From: Bacteriovoracia bacterium
GTDB taxonomy: Bacteria > Bdellovibrionota > UBA1018 > CAIPTA01
NCBI GenBank assembly: GCA_050246755.1
Contig: JBFWVL010000005.1
Span: forward strand, 1-64,000
Length of the DNA: 64,000 bases
Direction: 5' to 3'
Both the position numbers and the translations under genes were made by a program. Under the pieces are notes generated by a model. It did not search any database and had not been told where the DNA came from. It saw only the letters and a program-made list of their open reading frames with translations. Below, in pieces: positions 1 through 9,907 of this stretch; positions within the stretch are counted from its first letter, which is position 1; each line of letters starts with the position of its first letter.

Positions 1-132
1 CCGTAGCGTACGATTCCACTACGGGGAAGCCGCTCTATCTCACATTTAGGGCACTCTGGGCGATGCATGCGCCCGGCAAAAGCAAGTTCCTGGCCAATGA
101 AAAATCAACAATCATGTAGACCGGTTTAAGAT

Positions 133-2049
133 TTATTGGCGGTTCGGCGCCGTGGCCGTCACATCGAACCCGTTCGACTGCTCTAGATTCCCGAAGGTAG
201 TAGAGTAGCGCAGCCGCACTCCCACGTGGGCGCCGGTGAATTTCAGGTCGGAGAAAGTGGCCACGCCGCTCACCGAGCGCACCGTGGTGGTGCCCGTGAG
301 GGTGCAAGGAATCGGGTTCACGCAGGAAACCGTGATGTCGGTGTCCTGGTTGGTCAGGGTGGTTCCGTTCAGGTCCGTGATGGCCACTTGGATGCCCGGA
401 AGGTTCACGCCCACCACGGCATTGGCGATATTCGAGCGGATCGTGAGGCGGCGCGAGCCGTCCGTAGAGGTGGAAGTAGAAGTAGAGGTAGAAGTGCCTT
501 TGTTTACGCTGGCCCAATAGGCTTCCCACTCTTTTTGCTTTTTATCTTTTTCGTTCTTATCCCAGTAATAGAGGCCTACGCCTCCACCCACCACGAGGGC
601 ACCGCCCACGAGGAGGCCGGCGTTATTGGAAAGGAAACTGGAGGCGGTATTCTCTTCACGGGGAACCGTGGGCACGAGGGGCTTAATAGGCTCGGGTGGG
701 TCCTCAGTAGGACGAACGCGCGGAGGGCGAGGTTCGATCGTGGAAGGAGTGGGCTCGACGATTTTTCCCAAGAGCTTATCGTTCTCTTGCTCAATTCTCG
801 TGTTCTGTTCGGCCAAGCGCTTCTGCTCCTTAAGGTCGGCGTTTAGTTTGGTGATTCTCTCGCTCTTCTGCTCAGAGGTTTCGTAAGCGGGAACTTTCTG
901 GTTTCTGGCAATACGGGCTTCGAGGGAGTCCTCCGTAGTTCCATCACCAGGCTTCACGGCTTTGCGGGCGCTCACGGTGCTGTCTTCGTCTTCTTGAGGA
1001 TCGAGAACTGGCTTGCCGGGCTGTCTGGCGGGCCGGGTTAGCTTACCCGCCGGATCTTGAGGGTTTGATTCCGCTGCATTACCAGTGAGAGGGTCGCCTA
1101 AGTTACAAGCCTTAAATTTTCCGGCAAGAGACTGGCTATAGCCCTTGAGGGTTTCTTGCAGGCGTTGGGCATTCTTCTGTTCGTAGTAAAAGGAATCGAG
1201 CAGATCGGCGAAAACGGCTCTCGTGCCCATTACCTTGCTTAAATCGCTCTCCGATTTTTTGTGGGCGTTCTCTCCCCAGACCATGGCAAATTCCTGCTCG
1301 AGCGTTTGTGGGAGATTGGCGGGAAAGGATGCTTTTTTGGCATTGGCATTCTGAATGGCCTGCCAGTTTCCTTTTGCCTGCTCGGAGAAAATAGAAATAA
1401 GTCCCTTCGAGGCGGCGGCTCCCTTTTCGGCTTTTCGTCCTAGGCGAAGAAATTTAACCGCGTTGGCGTAGTTGTGATGGTAGGTGGCGGCGAGCTGAAG
1501 ATTGTTATAAAGGTCGTGTTCGCGAGTGCAGGCCTCACCATCGCCGCCACTAAGTGAAGCGGCTTGCATGTTCGTCTCTACGAGCCTTACTTGGCCGTCT
1601 ACCTCGCGGCGAAGGGCACAAACGCCATTCACTTTATTGGTGGTTACTTCCACCATGGCATTTTTAAAATTATTTTGATTCGCCATCACGTCGGGAGAAA
1701 TGACGGCGATTTTTTTATGGGTAGTTTGGCGCAGGCCCAGAAGATCTTGCCACCGCTTGGCCATGGTAACGTCGGATTGCTCTGTCTTATGATTATAGCA
1801 ATACGCTCTCGTCTCGTCGGAACCGGCCACGGCTTTGGGAGCCTCGCTCTTGGGCACTTGTGATTCCATTTTTCCGGCCGCCGGCAGTTTATCGCCCTTA
1901 GCGGATTTATTGCTCTCATGAAAATTGGATTGTTTTTTGGTGATCTCGTACGGATCCGTCGCGTGCGCCAGCGGCATGAGCACACCCATCTGCAGGATCA
2001 GCAGGGCGGCGAGGGTAGAATTCAGGGCGCGACAGTTTTTAACGTTCAT
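133..2049 (-). CDS. Large secreted hypothetical protein: helical N-domain, Pro-rich linker, Gly-rich hydrophobic helix, (ST)n spacer, C-terminal Ig-like domain
   Basis: ORF track 133..2079. ATG at 2049 preferred because a sigma28-like -10 element lies at 2067-2074. Signal peptide ends AHA; GLLVGGALVVGGGVGLYYW helix; TSTSTSTSTST; beta-rich tail ending SNGFDV. Confidence 0.75.
   Translation of the reverse strand: MNVKNCRALNSTLAALLILQMGVLMPLAHATDPYEITKKQSNFHESNKSAKGDKLPAAGKMESQVPKSEAPKAVAGSDETRAYCYNHKTEQSDVTMAKRWQDLLGLRQTTHKKIAVISPDVMANQNNFKNAMVEVTTNKVNGVCALRREVDGQVRLVETNMQAASLSGGDGEACTREHDLYNNLQLAATYHHNYANAVKFLRLGRKAEKGAAASKGLISIFSEQAKGNWQAIQNANAKKASFPANLPQTLEQEFAMVWGENAHKKSESDLSKVMGTRAVFADLLDSFYYEQKNAQRLQETLKGYSQSLAGKFKACNLGDPLTGNAAESNPQDPAGKLTRPARQPGKPVLDPQEDEDSTVSARKAVKPGDGTTEDSLEARIARNQKVPAYETSEQKSERITKLNADLKEQKRLAEQNTRIEQENDKLLGKIVEPTPSTIEPRPPRVRPTEDPPEPIKPLVPTVPREENTASSFLSNNAGLLVGGALVVGGGVGLYYWDKNEKDKKQKEWEAYWASVNKGTSTSTSTSTSTDGSRRLTIRSNIANAVVGVNLPGIQVAITDLNGTTLTNQDTDITVSCVNPIPCTLTGTTTVRSVSGVATFSDLKFTGAHVGVRLRYSTTFGNLEQSNGFDVTATAPNRQ
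464..495 (-). repeat. Degenerate hexamer repeat encoding a Ser/Thr linker
   Basis: gtagaggtggaagtagaagtagaggtagaagt translates to (TS)n on the minus strand. Confidence 0.8.
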
Positions 2050-2066
2050 AGGGGTGTCCAAATTAC

Positions 2067-2094
2067 TTATCGGCAGCAAATGAGAAAAAATCGA
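2067..2094 (-). promoter_or_regulatory. sigma28-like promoter TCGA-N16-GCCGATAA
   Basis: Perfect FliA -10 consensus GCCGATAA, 17 nt upstream of ATG 2049. Confidence 0.6.
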
Positions 2095-2201
2095 CTTATT
2101 TAACCTAGTTAAATCAAATACTTATAAGATAGTTTCGGGCTTCTGGAGCGTTGTACTCCGATTTGCGGTGCCCTGCCGAATAGAGTAAACCCTAGGGGCC
2201 C

Positions 2202-3221
2202 ATGGCCCGAGAACACCAAACCACCGCCGAAACCTACCTCGTCACCTGGACCGTTGAACCCGGTGAGGCCGGCATGCGCCTGGATCTTTTTCTGAAAGAA
2301 AAATACCGCAAGCTTTCGCGGGAATACCTACAGCGCGGAATCAAAGAGGGAAATATCACCCTCAATCACAAGCCCACGAAGCCGGCGGCGGTGCTGCGGC
2401 TGCAAGATAAAGTGTTCGTGCTCTCGAAGAATAAGGGCAAAGAGCCGGAAGTGGATTTCAACTACCAGGTTCTCTACGAAGACGAAACCGTGGTGGTGGT
2501 GGATAAACCGGGGAACCTGCCCGTGCATCCCACCGGACGGTATTTTTTCCACACGCTCCTCACGCAATTGCGGGTGGTGAACGGGAACGAAGTAGACCAG
2601 GAAAAAGAATTTTATATCGTGCACCGCCTCGATCGCGAAACCAGCGGAGTGCTGGTGATCGGAAAAAATCCGGAGTCGGCGGCGAGCCTCGTGAGCCAGT
2701 TCGAGAAGCGCGCTACCTCGAAGGAGTACCTCGCGATCGTTAAGGGCGTGGTGAAGGAAGATTCCTTCGTGATCGATGCCGCTCTCGGCACCGATCCGCG
2801 CTCGGTGATCCGGATCAAGATGCACGTGGTGGAAATGGGGCAGGATGGAGAGCCGCTCTATCTACCCAAATCGGAAGTATTGCCGGCGAGTACAGCGATC
2901 GAAGTGGTGGAACGATTCGAGAACTATACGCTTGTGCGCTGCCGCCCGCATACGGGGCGTCAGCACCAGATCCGCGTGCACCTCTGGCATATTGGGCACC
3001 CGATCGTGGGCGATAAGCTCTACGGCACCGAGGCGGAATTTTTTCTCCGGTCGCTGCAGGATATTCTATCGGTGGAAGTAGAGCCCGGGATTTTCCTGAG
3101 TCGCCATGCGCTCCACGCCTATAAGCTGGGATTTCGCCATCCGGTAACGGGCGAGCCCATGGAGTTCACCAGCGCGCTGCCTAAAGAGCTGGACGATTTC
3201 CTCGCGAAGGTGCGAAAGTAG
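2202..3221 (+). CDS. rluD: RluA/RluD-family pseudouridine synthase with N-terminal S4 domain
   Basis: RLDLFL S4 start, VVDKPGNLPVHP, catalytic HRLDRETSG, TGRQHQIRVHL, HPIVGDKLYG, LHAYKLGFRHP. Confidence 0.9.
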   Translation: MAREHQTTAETYLVTWTVEPGEAGMRLDLFLKEKYRKLSREYLQRGIKEGNITLNHKPTKPAAVLRLQDKVFVLSKNKGKEPEVDFNYQVLYEDETVVVVDKPGNLPVHPTGRYFFHTLLTQLRVVNGNEVDQEKEFYIVHRLDRETSGVLVIGKNPESAASLVSQFEKRATSKEYLAIVKGVVKEDSFVIDAALGTDPRSVIRIKMHVVEMGQDGEPLYLPKSEVLPASTAIEVVERFENYTLVRCRPHTGRQHQIRVHLWHIGHPIVGDKLYGTEAEFFLRSLQDILSVEVEPGIFLSRHALHAYKLGFRHPVTGEPMEFTSALPKELDDFLAKVRK

Positions 3222-3225
3222 GGGC

Positions 3226-4116
3226 ATGAAAGTCCGCAAGCCCCGCATCGCGGTTATTCTCACTCTGATCTGCCCCGGATTGGGTCAGCTGTATAACGGC
3301 AATCTGCCTTGGGCCGCGGCGGCCTTCGCGCTCGGCTCGGCCCTCTCGGTCGTGAGCGTAGTTTACCTCTTCGATTCTTTCTCCAAGCTTATCTGGGCGC
3401 TAGCGCTCGGCTTACTTTTTGATTTGGTATTCGCGGTGCAGGCATGGCGGGAATCCAAACGGCTCGGCGCGGTGGTGCTCAAGCCCTACCAGCGCTGGTG
3501 GATCTACGCGAGCTTCGTGGGCATTCTCTACGGAGTGCCCGACGGCTACGGCCTGCTCATGCCTTCCCGTTTTCTCAGCTTCCAAATTCCCAGCGAGTCG
3601 ATGGTGCCCACCTTGCTGGTGGGAGACCGCCTCGTGGCCGACGGGTGGAGCTTCTGGCACAACGCGCCCGCGCGGGGCGATGTGGTGGTATTCAATTATC
3701 CCAAAGATCCTTCGATCAAATACGTGAAGCGCGTGGTGGGTTTGCCCGGCGATATCGTGGAGATCAAGCAGGGGGAGCTCTACCTCAATAATAAAATCGT
3801 GGAGCAGGAGCGCTCGGGCCATGAGGTGGCGCCGGTGGGCGGCTGGCAGCCGGTGGAATTCGTGGAAAATCTCGGTGGCGTGGAGCATATCGTGTACCGG
3901 ACCCAGCCGATGCTCGTCGATAAATACGGGCCGGTGAAGGTTCCCAAAGATGAGTACTTCATGATGGGCGATAATCGCGATCGGTCTAACGACAGCCGTT
4001 TTTGGGGCTTTGTGCGACGTGATCAGATCGTGGGCCGCATGGCCTATATCTATTTTTCCTGGGATGGTGAGCATTCCCGGCTTCGCAGCGAGCGCCTGGG
4101 CCTTCCGGTTCACTAA
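3226..4116 (+). CDS. lepB: Signal peptidase I
   Basis: IPSESMVPTLLVGD (Ser), YVKRVVGLPGD (Lys), MGDNRDRSNDSRFWG; N-terminal TM helices. Confidence 0.95.
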   Translation: MKVRKPRIAVILTLICPGLGQLYNGNLPWAAAAFALGSALSVVSVVYLFDSFSKLIWALALGLLFDLVFAVQAWRESKRLGAVVLKPYQRWWIYASFVGILYGVPDGYGLLMPSRFLSFQIPSESMVPTLLVGDRLVADGWSFWHNAPARGDVVVFNYPKDPSIKYVKRVVGLPGDIVEIKQGELYLNNKIVEQERSGHEVAPVGGWQPVEFVENLGGVEHIVYRTQPMLVDKYGPVKVPKDEYFMMGDNRDRSNDSRFWGFVRRDQIVGRMAYIYFSWDGEHSRLRSERLGLPVH

Positions 4117-4118
4117 AA

Positions 4119-4146
4119 TAAAGAAATTATTGAAAATCGACGATAA
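4119..4146 (+). promoter_or_regulatory. sigma28-like promoter TAAA-N16-GACGATAA
   Basis: Motif ends 9 nt before ATG 4156; no obvious Shine-Dalgarno in between. Confidence 0.6.
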
Positions 4147-4155
4147 ACTAAATGC

Positions 4156-5022
4156 ATGAAGCATGTACTACTCACTTTTTCCATACTTTTAGCCGCCCCC
4201 GCTTGGGCCGCGAAAGTTCCCAAGCTTCCCGATTTAAAAAATACGAAAGAATTGCGCGAAGCCTGTGACCGCCTGAAGGAAAATTCAAACCGCGTGCTCG
4301 GCCCCGAAGTTACCGGATGCAGTTCTTTCTCGGGTTCGCTCGCGGCCGCGCGCACTGATTTACGCAGCGAAACGCTCGAGGGTTCCAAGAACGTGGAGGC
4401 CTTCTGCCGCGAGCTCGCGGACAAGCTGGATCACTTGCAGGACTATCGCAAAAAAGTAGCCGCTGCCTGCGCCGCCACCGGCGTGGCAACTTCGATGAAT
4501 CTTGTGAAGAGCAAGCTTGCCAGTTTTAATAAGCTGGGTGGCAAGTTGGCCGATTCGGAAAAGCAAATTGCCGGCGAAAGCGCCAACTGTGCCGGAAAGC
4601 TCGCGCCCCTCGTGCGCAAGAGCTCGCCGGACAATATGATCACTCCCGCCACGGTGCCCGAAGCCGCACCCACCGATACCCCGAAAGAAAATTATCCCAA
4701 GCTCTATAGCGAAGTGACCGATCGCGTGCGCGCGTTCACCAAGAAATCCAATAAGAGCGGAGGCGTGGCCGCCTACAGTGAGGATAAGGGCGATTGCGGG
4801 CAGCTAGCCGATCGCTATACGGAATTTGGGAACTACGTGCTTCGCTCCTTCAATCAGATGACGGATCTGATCTCCCGGGAAGAAGGCAGTACGGTTCATG
4901 ATCTCGAAAGCTACCGGCGCACGGCCACCGCGATGATGAATAAGGGGAAAGCCGTGGACGCCACGGTAAAAACCCAGACCAGCGAATTGCCGGCCAAGCA
5001 CTATAATCAGAGCGACGATTAA
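4156..5022 (+). CDS. Secreted alpha-helical hypothetical protein with several Cys
   Basis: Signal peptide ending AWA; Lys/Ala-rich helical composition; 6 Cys. Confidence 0.75.
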   Translation: MKHVLLTFSILLAAPAWAAKVPKLPDLKNTKELREACDRLKENSNRVLGPEVTGCSSFSGSLAAARTDLRSETLEGSKNVEAFCRELADKLDHLQDYRKKVAAACAATGVATSMNLVKSKLASFNKLGGKLADSEKQIAGESANCAGKLAPLVRKSSPDNMITPATVPEAAPTDTPKENYPKLYSEVTDRVRAFTKKSNKSGGVAAYSEDKGDCGQLADRYTEFGNYVLRSFNQMTDLISREEGSTVHDLESYRRTATAMMNKGKAVDATVKTQTSELPAKHYNQSDD

Positions 5023-5843
5023 TTTCTCTGTTTCAGGATCCACTTCACCGCTTCGGCGAAACCGTGGCCGCCTTCTTTCTTCGTGATGAAGCGCGGCTGG
5101 TGCTGCATGCGTGGCAAGAAATCTTTCACGTTCGCCACTCCCACCGTATTCGTGAACTCACGGAATAGTGGCTCGTCGTTGGGGGAGTCGCCAAAATATA
5201 GGTAGTTCTCTCGCTCTTTGTCGAAGTCCTCGCCGTAGAGCTCTTTGAGCAAAAGGCGGCAGCAGGAATATTTATCGTGGGCGCCGAACCAGGCATTCAC
5301 GTGGATCGAGGAGATTTTCGCTTGGGCGCCGGCCTTCACGAAGGCCGCCACGATCTGGTCGATTTCCTTATCGGAGCGGCGGGGAACGTCTTCGCAGAAA
5401 TCTACGGCGAGGTCGATCTCGCGGTAGCCCTGATCGCTCGCCACTTCGAGACCGGGCATCTGCTTGGCCAAGGCGTGAAATACTTCCCAGAGCTTTTTCC
5501 GGTTCGCCTCGCGCACGGATTTCTCCTGCACGAATCGCTGCATCAGCTTGCCGTCGCGGCCTTGGGTCATATCGAGATGAAAATAGAAGGCGCCGTTCTC
5601 GCCGATCACGGCATTCACGGGCCACATGCGCGCGATATGGTCTACCCAGCCGGCGGGCCGCCCGGTAACCGGGATCATGCGCAGACCTTCCTTCTGCAAG
5701 GCCCAGAGCGCTTTATAGGAATCTTCGGGCAGCTTGCCGTGCACCGTAAGGGTATCGTCGATATCGGCGAAGATACCTTTGAGCCCGCGGCAGACTTTTT
5801 TAGAAAGTTTTTCGAGGGGGAGCGGGCTATTCGAAGTCTTCAT
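5019..5843 (-). CDS. HAD-IIB family hydrolase
   Basis: DIDDTLT motif I, VTGRPAGW, FGDSPNDEP motif IV. Confidence 0.9.
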   Translation of the reverse strand: MKTSNSPLPLEKLSKKVCRGLKGIFADIDDTLTVHGKLPEDSYKALWALQKEGLRMIPVTGRPAGWVDHIARMWPVNAVIGENGAFYFHLDMTQGRDGKLMQRFVQEKSVREANRKKLWEVFHALAKQMPGLEVASDQGYREIDLAVDFCEDVPRRSDKEIDQIVAAFVKAGAQAKISSIHVNAWFGAHDKYSCCRLLLKELYGEDFDKERENYLYFGDSPNDEPLFREFTNTVGVANVKDFLPRMQHQPRFITKKEGGHGFAEAVKWILKQRN

Positions 5844-6513
5844 CGCGGTATTCCTTTTCGCCGGAGCCCGAACGTTCTCGATGCGAAGGTTCCTTGCCGC
5901 CTTTTCTCTCTTTTCGATCGAAGCGCAATTCCCCTAGGCGAATCCCGAAACCGAGCAGCACGTAGCTCTCGGCCTTCGCCAAGCGAATGCCGGCTTCGCC
6001 GTTCACGTAGTAACGGCTGGCGTCGCTCACGTCGAAAGTGGAGCCCAGCACCAGTTGTGAGCCGGAAGTATAATTCCCGCCGCGAGCCTCGAGGTAAAAA
6101 GGAATCGTGGCGTACGCTTGGGCCGGTAAGCCATTCCAGCCGTTGAGCCGTTTGCTCACCATTGGCGCCAAGCGGAACTGCACTCCGCCCGAGCCGCGGT
6201 TGATGTATACGGCCGAGGCCAATCCGGAAATTCCAAACTGCCCGTCCCAGTCCGGGATCAAGCTGTAGAGTACTTCGCCGCCCAAGCGGAAGCCTTTATT
6301 CTTCGATCCCGTGCCGATGATCCCGGAGGCGTTCCAGGAATCAGTCAGGCCAAAGCGTGCCCGGCCCTCCACGCCTTCCGAAGAAGGATCCGAGAGCAGC
6401 AATTCTCCAAAGCCCGAGATCGCCGCCGAGCGTTCGGGCAGAAAATCCGCCGCATCAAAAACGGCGGCGTGGGCGGGGAGGGAAGCAAGGGCCAATAGTA
6501 GGAAGAATTTCAT
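5827..6513 (-). CDS. Putative outer-membrane beta-barrel hypothetical protein
   Basis: ORF 5827..6564, likely start MKFFLLL at 6513; signal peptide AHA; amphipathic Gly/aromatic beta strands. Confidence 0.65.
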   Translation of the reverse strand: MKFFLLLALASLPAHAAVFDAADFLPERSAAISGFGELLLSDPSSEGVEGRARFGLTDSWNASGIIGTGSKNKGFRLGGEVLYSLIPDWDGQFGISGLASAVYINRGSGGVQFRLAPMVSKRLNGWNGLPAQAYATIPFYLEARGGNYTSGSQLVLGSTFDVSDASRYYVNGEAGIRLAKAESYVLLGFGIRLGELRFDRKERKGGKEPSHRERSGSGEKEYRDEDFE

Positions 6514-6569
6514 TCCGCCACGATAGCAGAAGAAAGGCAAAAGGGCATAGGGGCAGAAGGGCAAAAAAG

Positions 6570-7079
6570 CTAGAACGGCAGAAAGCGCTTTTCGCGGAAA
6601 TGCCAGAGCGAGCGGATGCGGCTGGGCGCACCGGTCTTGAACTCGTCTTCCGGAGCCCAGACTTCCATTTCGTAGGCAATTCCGTCCGGCAGCACTTCCA
6701 CCATCTCGTTATAATCCGCCACGATATGGTCATCGTCGGCAAAAGCCACGGGGCGAAACTTTTTTAGCTCCGAGTCAAAACGGTACACATACACGTGGCT
6801 CGCCTTCGGCGGCACGGTCACCCGCACCACGAACTCCTGTTTCCCGTCTCCATCGAAATCCTGGGCGGCAATCTTCCCACTCTTTCCCTCTTTGGTGAGG
6901 AACTGCACGTGCTCTCCGAGCCCACCGATCGTTTGTACATTCCCATCCGGCAAATGCACCTTGAGCGTGGCCTTCTCGTTGGCTTCCACGATCTCAATCT
7001 GGGCCGTGCCCTCCGCGCCGAGCTGTAACTCATTCGCGTGGGCGGCTAGGCTCAGCCATAAAACTAAAAGCAGCTGCAT
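6570..7079 (-). CDS. Secreted hypothetical protein with an FG-GAP/VCBS-like DFDGDG motif
   Basis: ORF 6570..7097, start MQLLL at 7079; QDFDGDGKQEF. Confidence 0.65.
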   Translation of the reverse strand: MQLLLVLWLSLAAHANELQLGAEGTAQIEIVEANEKATLKVHLPDGNVQTIGGLGEHVQFLTKEGKSGKIAAQDFDGDGKQEFVVRVTVPPKASHVYVYRFDSELKKFRPVAFADDDHIVADYNEMVEVLPDGIAYEMEVWAPEDEFKTGAPSRIRSLWHFREKRFLPF

Positions 7080-7951
7080 ACTTCCTTCTTTTCCCACTCT
7101 TCGAGCTTATTATTGCGCAAAATATTGGGGATATTCACTTGGTACTGGTCCCAGGGACAATAACTTCTCAAGCCCGGCATCATCTTCCGCCATTCCACCA
7201 ATCCCGGTTTCGCCTTCGCCACTTCCGCCCGGATGCTCTGGTAGGCCTTCGCCGTATTTTCGGCGTACATCAAGTTCTGGATATAGGAGAGGGTGGAGTC
7301 GATGGGGTTCGGGAACTTCAGGTACAGGATCCCGCCTTTTCCATTTCTTTCGCAGGACGTAACGATTTCTTTTTCCATCCCGGGAATCTGCACCTTGATC
7401 ACGCGCTTCTCGCCGGCCTTCCAGCAACGGTGGCCCGCAATATTATTCATTACCCGGTAGTTCGTGGAGCTACCCCATCCGCTCTCTTCGGCCCATTGGG
7501 AAATCATGAGCGAGGCGGGATACCCGGTGGCTTTCTGGAGCGCCACGGCAAGGGGGCCGTAGTAATTCTTGAACGCCTCCACGCGGGCTTTGCCCTGGGG
7601 GATCGCTTTGAAATCTGGCGCGGGAAGTTTCGGCAGGGGCAAACAGTTCCCGCTCACGCAGGGCTTCGTTTCTTCCTGCTTCTTGGCTTCTGGTTTTATG
7701 GACTCCATTTTCACGGGTTCGGTTTTGGCAGATTCTTCTTTGGCCGGCGCCATTTTCGCGGGCGCTTCTTCTCCGGTGGACCACGGAACAGTAATCGGCA
7801 GCGATTCCCCGCCGGGACCCACGGTGGCGGGCGGCTCTTCTTGCGAGTCCGTGGTGACGAAAAAGTCGGAAAGTTTCAAGGCAAAGGCCGGATTGGCTTG
7901 CAGGGAGAGGAGGGCCAGCGAGACGACAAAGAATTTCCGGGATGACCGCAT
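7064..7951 (-). CDS. Secreted glucosaminidase (GH73/FlgJ-like peptidoglycan hydrolase)
   Basis: Likely start MRSSRK at 7951 (the longer ORF runs antisense through the tRNA). Signal peptide, low-complexity linker, GYPASLMISQWAEESGWG and NNIAGH motifs. Confidence 0.8.
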   Translation of the reverse strand: MRSSRKFFVVSLALLSLQANPAFALKLSDFFVTTDSQEEPPATVGPGGESLPITVPWSTGEEAPAKMAPAKEESAKTEPVKMESIKPEAKKQEETKPCVSGNCLPLPKLPAPDFKAIPQGKARVEAFKNYYGPLAVALQKATGYPASLMISQWAEESGWGSSTNYRVMNNIAGHRCWKAGEKRVIKVQIPGMEKEIVTSCERNGKGGILYLKFPNPIDSTLSYIQNLMYAENTAKAYQSIRAEVAKAKPGLVEWRKMMPGLRSYCPWDQYQVNIPNILRNNKLEEWEKKEVCSCF

Positions 7952-8120
7952 GGAAGCTTTTCGGCGGAGTACCCGGTTTTCCAGAGTAGAAAAGTGGCTT
8001 GTTTTCCACCTCTTAGCGGTAGACGGCAGGATCGGGTGCGGGGCGATAAGACCTCGATTTCGCGGGGTTTTTCGAATTGACAGCGCCGGCCCCGATGACA
8101 TACACCAGTAACACAATTGT

Positions 8121-8197
8121 GGTGGTCGTAGCTCAGTTGGTAGAGCATCGGATTGTGATTCCGATGGTCGCGGGTTCGAGCCCCGTCGATCACCCCA
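8121..8197 (+). tRNA. tRNA-His (GUG)
   Basis: G-1 plus GTGGTCG acceptor stem, D arm AGCTCAGTTGGTAGAGC, anticodon loop TT-GTG-AT, GGTTCGAGCCC T arm, encoded CCA. Confidence 0.97.
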
Positions 8198-8289
8198 TTT
8201 TTTAAGCATCAAAAGCCCCTTCGGGGCGTAACTAACTAAAAACAAAAACTAAGAGTTTCTACGAGTTGTCGATCTCGCTCCTTTTTATT

Positions 8290-8315
8290 TTCACAAATTT
8301 TCACACTTCTTCACA
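8290..8315 (+). repeat. Three TTCACA direct repeats with exact 10-bp period
   Basis: ttcaca at 8290, 8300 and 8310. Confidence 0.7.
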
Positions 8316-8457
8316 CCAGTAGGGAGAATGACGGTGGGAGTCGAGGGGGATAACTATTTTGAACCCACGCACACGGACTGACGATCCGGAGGATGATTTT
8401 TGCAACGCCTGTAGCAGCAGAAATTCTAATCGCCCAATTAGAAAATTTAAGATGGGG

Positions 8458-9162
8458 TCAACGTCTCTGATCTTTGAAAAAGGAGGTTCTGAGGGACTGG
8501 AGCATTTGGGAAAGGTCAGAGTCGTAAGATAGTGGGAAGTTATTGTTTGAGCGGCTGTTATCTACATTCAACTTCTTTGCGGAATCTATTAAGCCCATTC
8601 GATTAAGAACAAGCTCAACCGCACCCGTAGCTTCGGGGGCGGTGCAGTTAAAGACTTCTCCAATGGTGGCTGAATTATCGAGATAGCTCGCCAGTATCTC
8701 ATGGGATTGCAGCTCAACATCTTCTGCACGGTTAGTGTAAAAGGCTGTATTTATGCTCCAGGTGCCGATTGTATGAGAAAACGTTGAAAATTGTTCAATG
8801 CGCTTCTCAAGCGTGGTGATCCTTCTTGTTGTGGAGTTTTTTTCAACGCCTGAGATTCTTTGTTTGCTTTCCTTCAAGCGGGTCAAATAGGACTTCGCCA
8901 ATTCAACGTCCTTTTCAAATGACAATGCTTTACTTCCCGAGCAAGACTTCCCAGATACTGGATGTGCGGGGATGTAACCTTGATCATCTACTAAGCGGCG
9001 ACTACCACAGATCTGACAGGTCCCGCTTATTCCTAGCCACTTCCTATTTACATCGAGTAAGCGTTCTTCAACTTTATTGATAGTCATTCCAATTTTTATG
9101 CGGTTTGCTTCTCGGTTTTCGAGAATATAAACGAAACCGTTCATTTGGCGAAAATCTGTCAT
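8458..9162 (-). CDS. GIY-YIG (T5orf172-like) nuclease with an inserted Cys/His metal-ribbon
   Basis: GFVYILEN...IKIGMT..KVEERL; CQIC...HPVSGKSC insert; E..SH..L and GEVFNC. Start at 9162 or 9144. Confidence 0.75.
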   Translation of the reverse strand: MTDFRQMNGFVYILENREANRIKIGMTINKVEERLLDVNRKWLGISGTCQICGSRRLVDDQGYIPAHPVSGKSCSGSKALSFEKDVELAKSYLTRLKESKQRISGVEKNSTTRRITTLEKRIEQFSTFSHTIGTWSINTAFYTNRAEDVELQSHEILASYLDNSATIGEVFNCTAPEATGAVELVLNRMGLIDSAKKLNVDNSRSNNNFPLSYDSDLSQMLQSLRTSFFKDQRR

Positions 9163-9309
9163 TTGAGGATATGCACTTCTGAATGTTTCGCGGCCTGGTG
9201 TAGGGCTAAATCCAAATAAACTTGAAGATCTTCGAGAGAATAATCTCGGAGAGGTTTCCAACCAATCTTGTGGAGCAGGGCTTCTTCTCCGCTACTAAGT
9301 ATAAATTGT

Positions 9310-9861
9310 CTAATTACTTCCTTTGCCATCCAAATTACTCCGAACTGTGCCTCTTTTAATCAATGAATCAAAAAATATCTGCGTATCTTTTTGCTTCAAT
9401 TTTTCATCGAGTAGTGCTCTGGGTTTCGAGTCTTGATTTTCAATGTAAGTTCCTTCCTTCAATCTCTTGAATGCTTGAGGATACAAAGTTTGATACGCAT
9501 TGATAGTTGCTGTTCCCAGTGCATCATCTTTGGTCTGAACGGACTTTACCAGATCTTCATCGAGCATACTTCTGACGGCAAAATCAATCTGGCTCCATTC
9601 TTGCTCACTCAAATAAGGTTCAAGGGCTATTTTAGCAATAACTTTATCTGCCGCTTTGCCGGACATGAGTATGGGCAGAAACTCCTTTATCATTGCCGCC
9701 TTGTCGTGGTTTTTTGATATATCAGAGTCGGACTTATTTTTATCAGTTGCGATCTGATTGGCGGTAGTAGTCCCTACATAAGTTAGAGCGGCTATCGCAA
9801 TTGGAACTAAAAGACTAGTTAGCCATCGCTCCCATGCTTTTACGTCGTAGTTGCAGTTCAT
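9310..9861 (-). CDS. Hypothetical protein with one N-terminal TM helix
   Basis: 183-aa AT-rich ORF; LLVPIAIAALTYVG helix. Confidence 0.65.
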   Translation of the reverse strand: MNCNYDVKAWERWLTSLLVPIAIAALTYVGTTTANQIATDKNKSDSDISKNHDKAAMIKEFLPILMSGKAADKVIAKIALEPYLSEQEWSQIDFAVRSMLDEDLVKSVQTKDDALGTATINAYQTLYPQAFKRLKEGTYIENQDSKPRALLDEKLKQKDTQIFFDSLIKRGTVRSNLDGKGSN

Positions 9862-9907
9862 TTGCGGATCTGCCTTTCTTGCTTGTTTTAGTAATTAGAA
9901 TCTTCTC

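Noticed and set aside
7952-8245. N-terminal 98 codons of the 393-aa ORF
   Set aside because: They run antisense through tRNA-His; the signal peptide begins at the Met at 7951.
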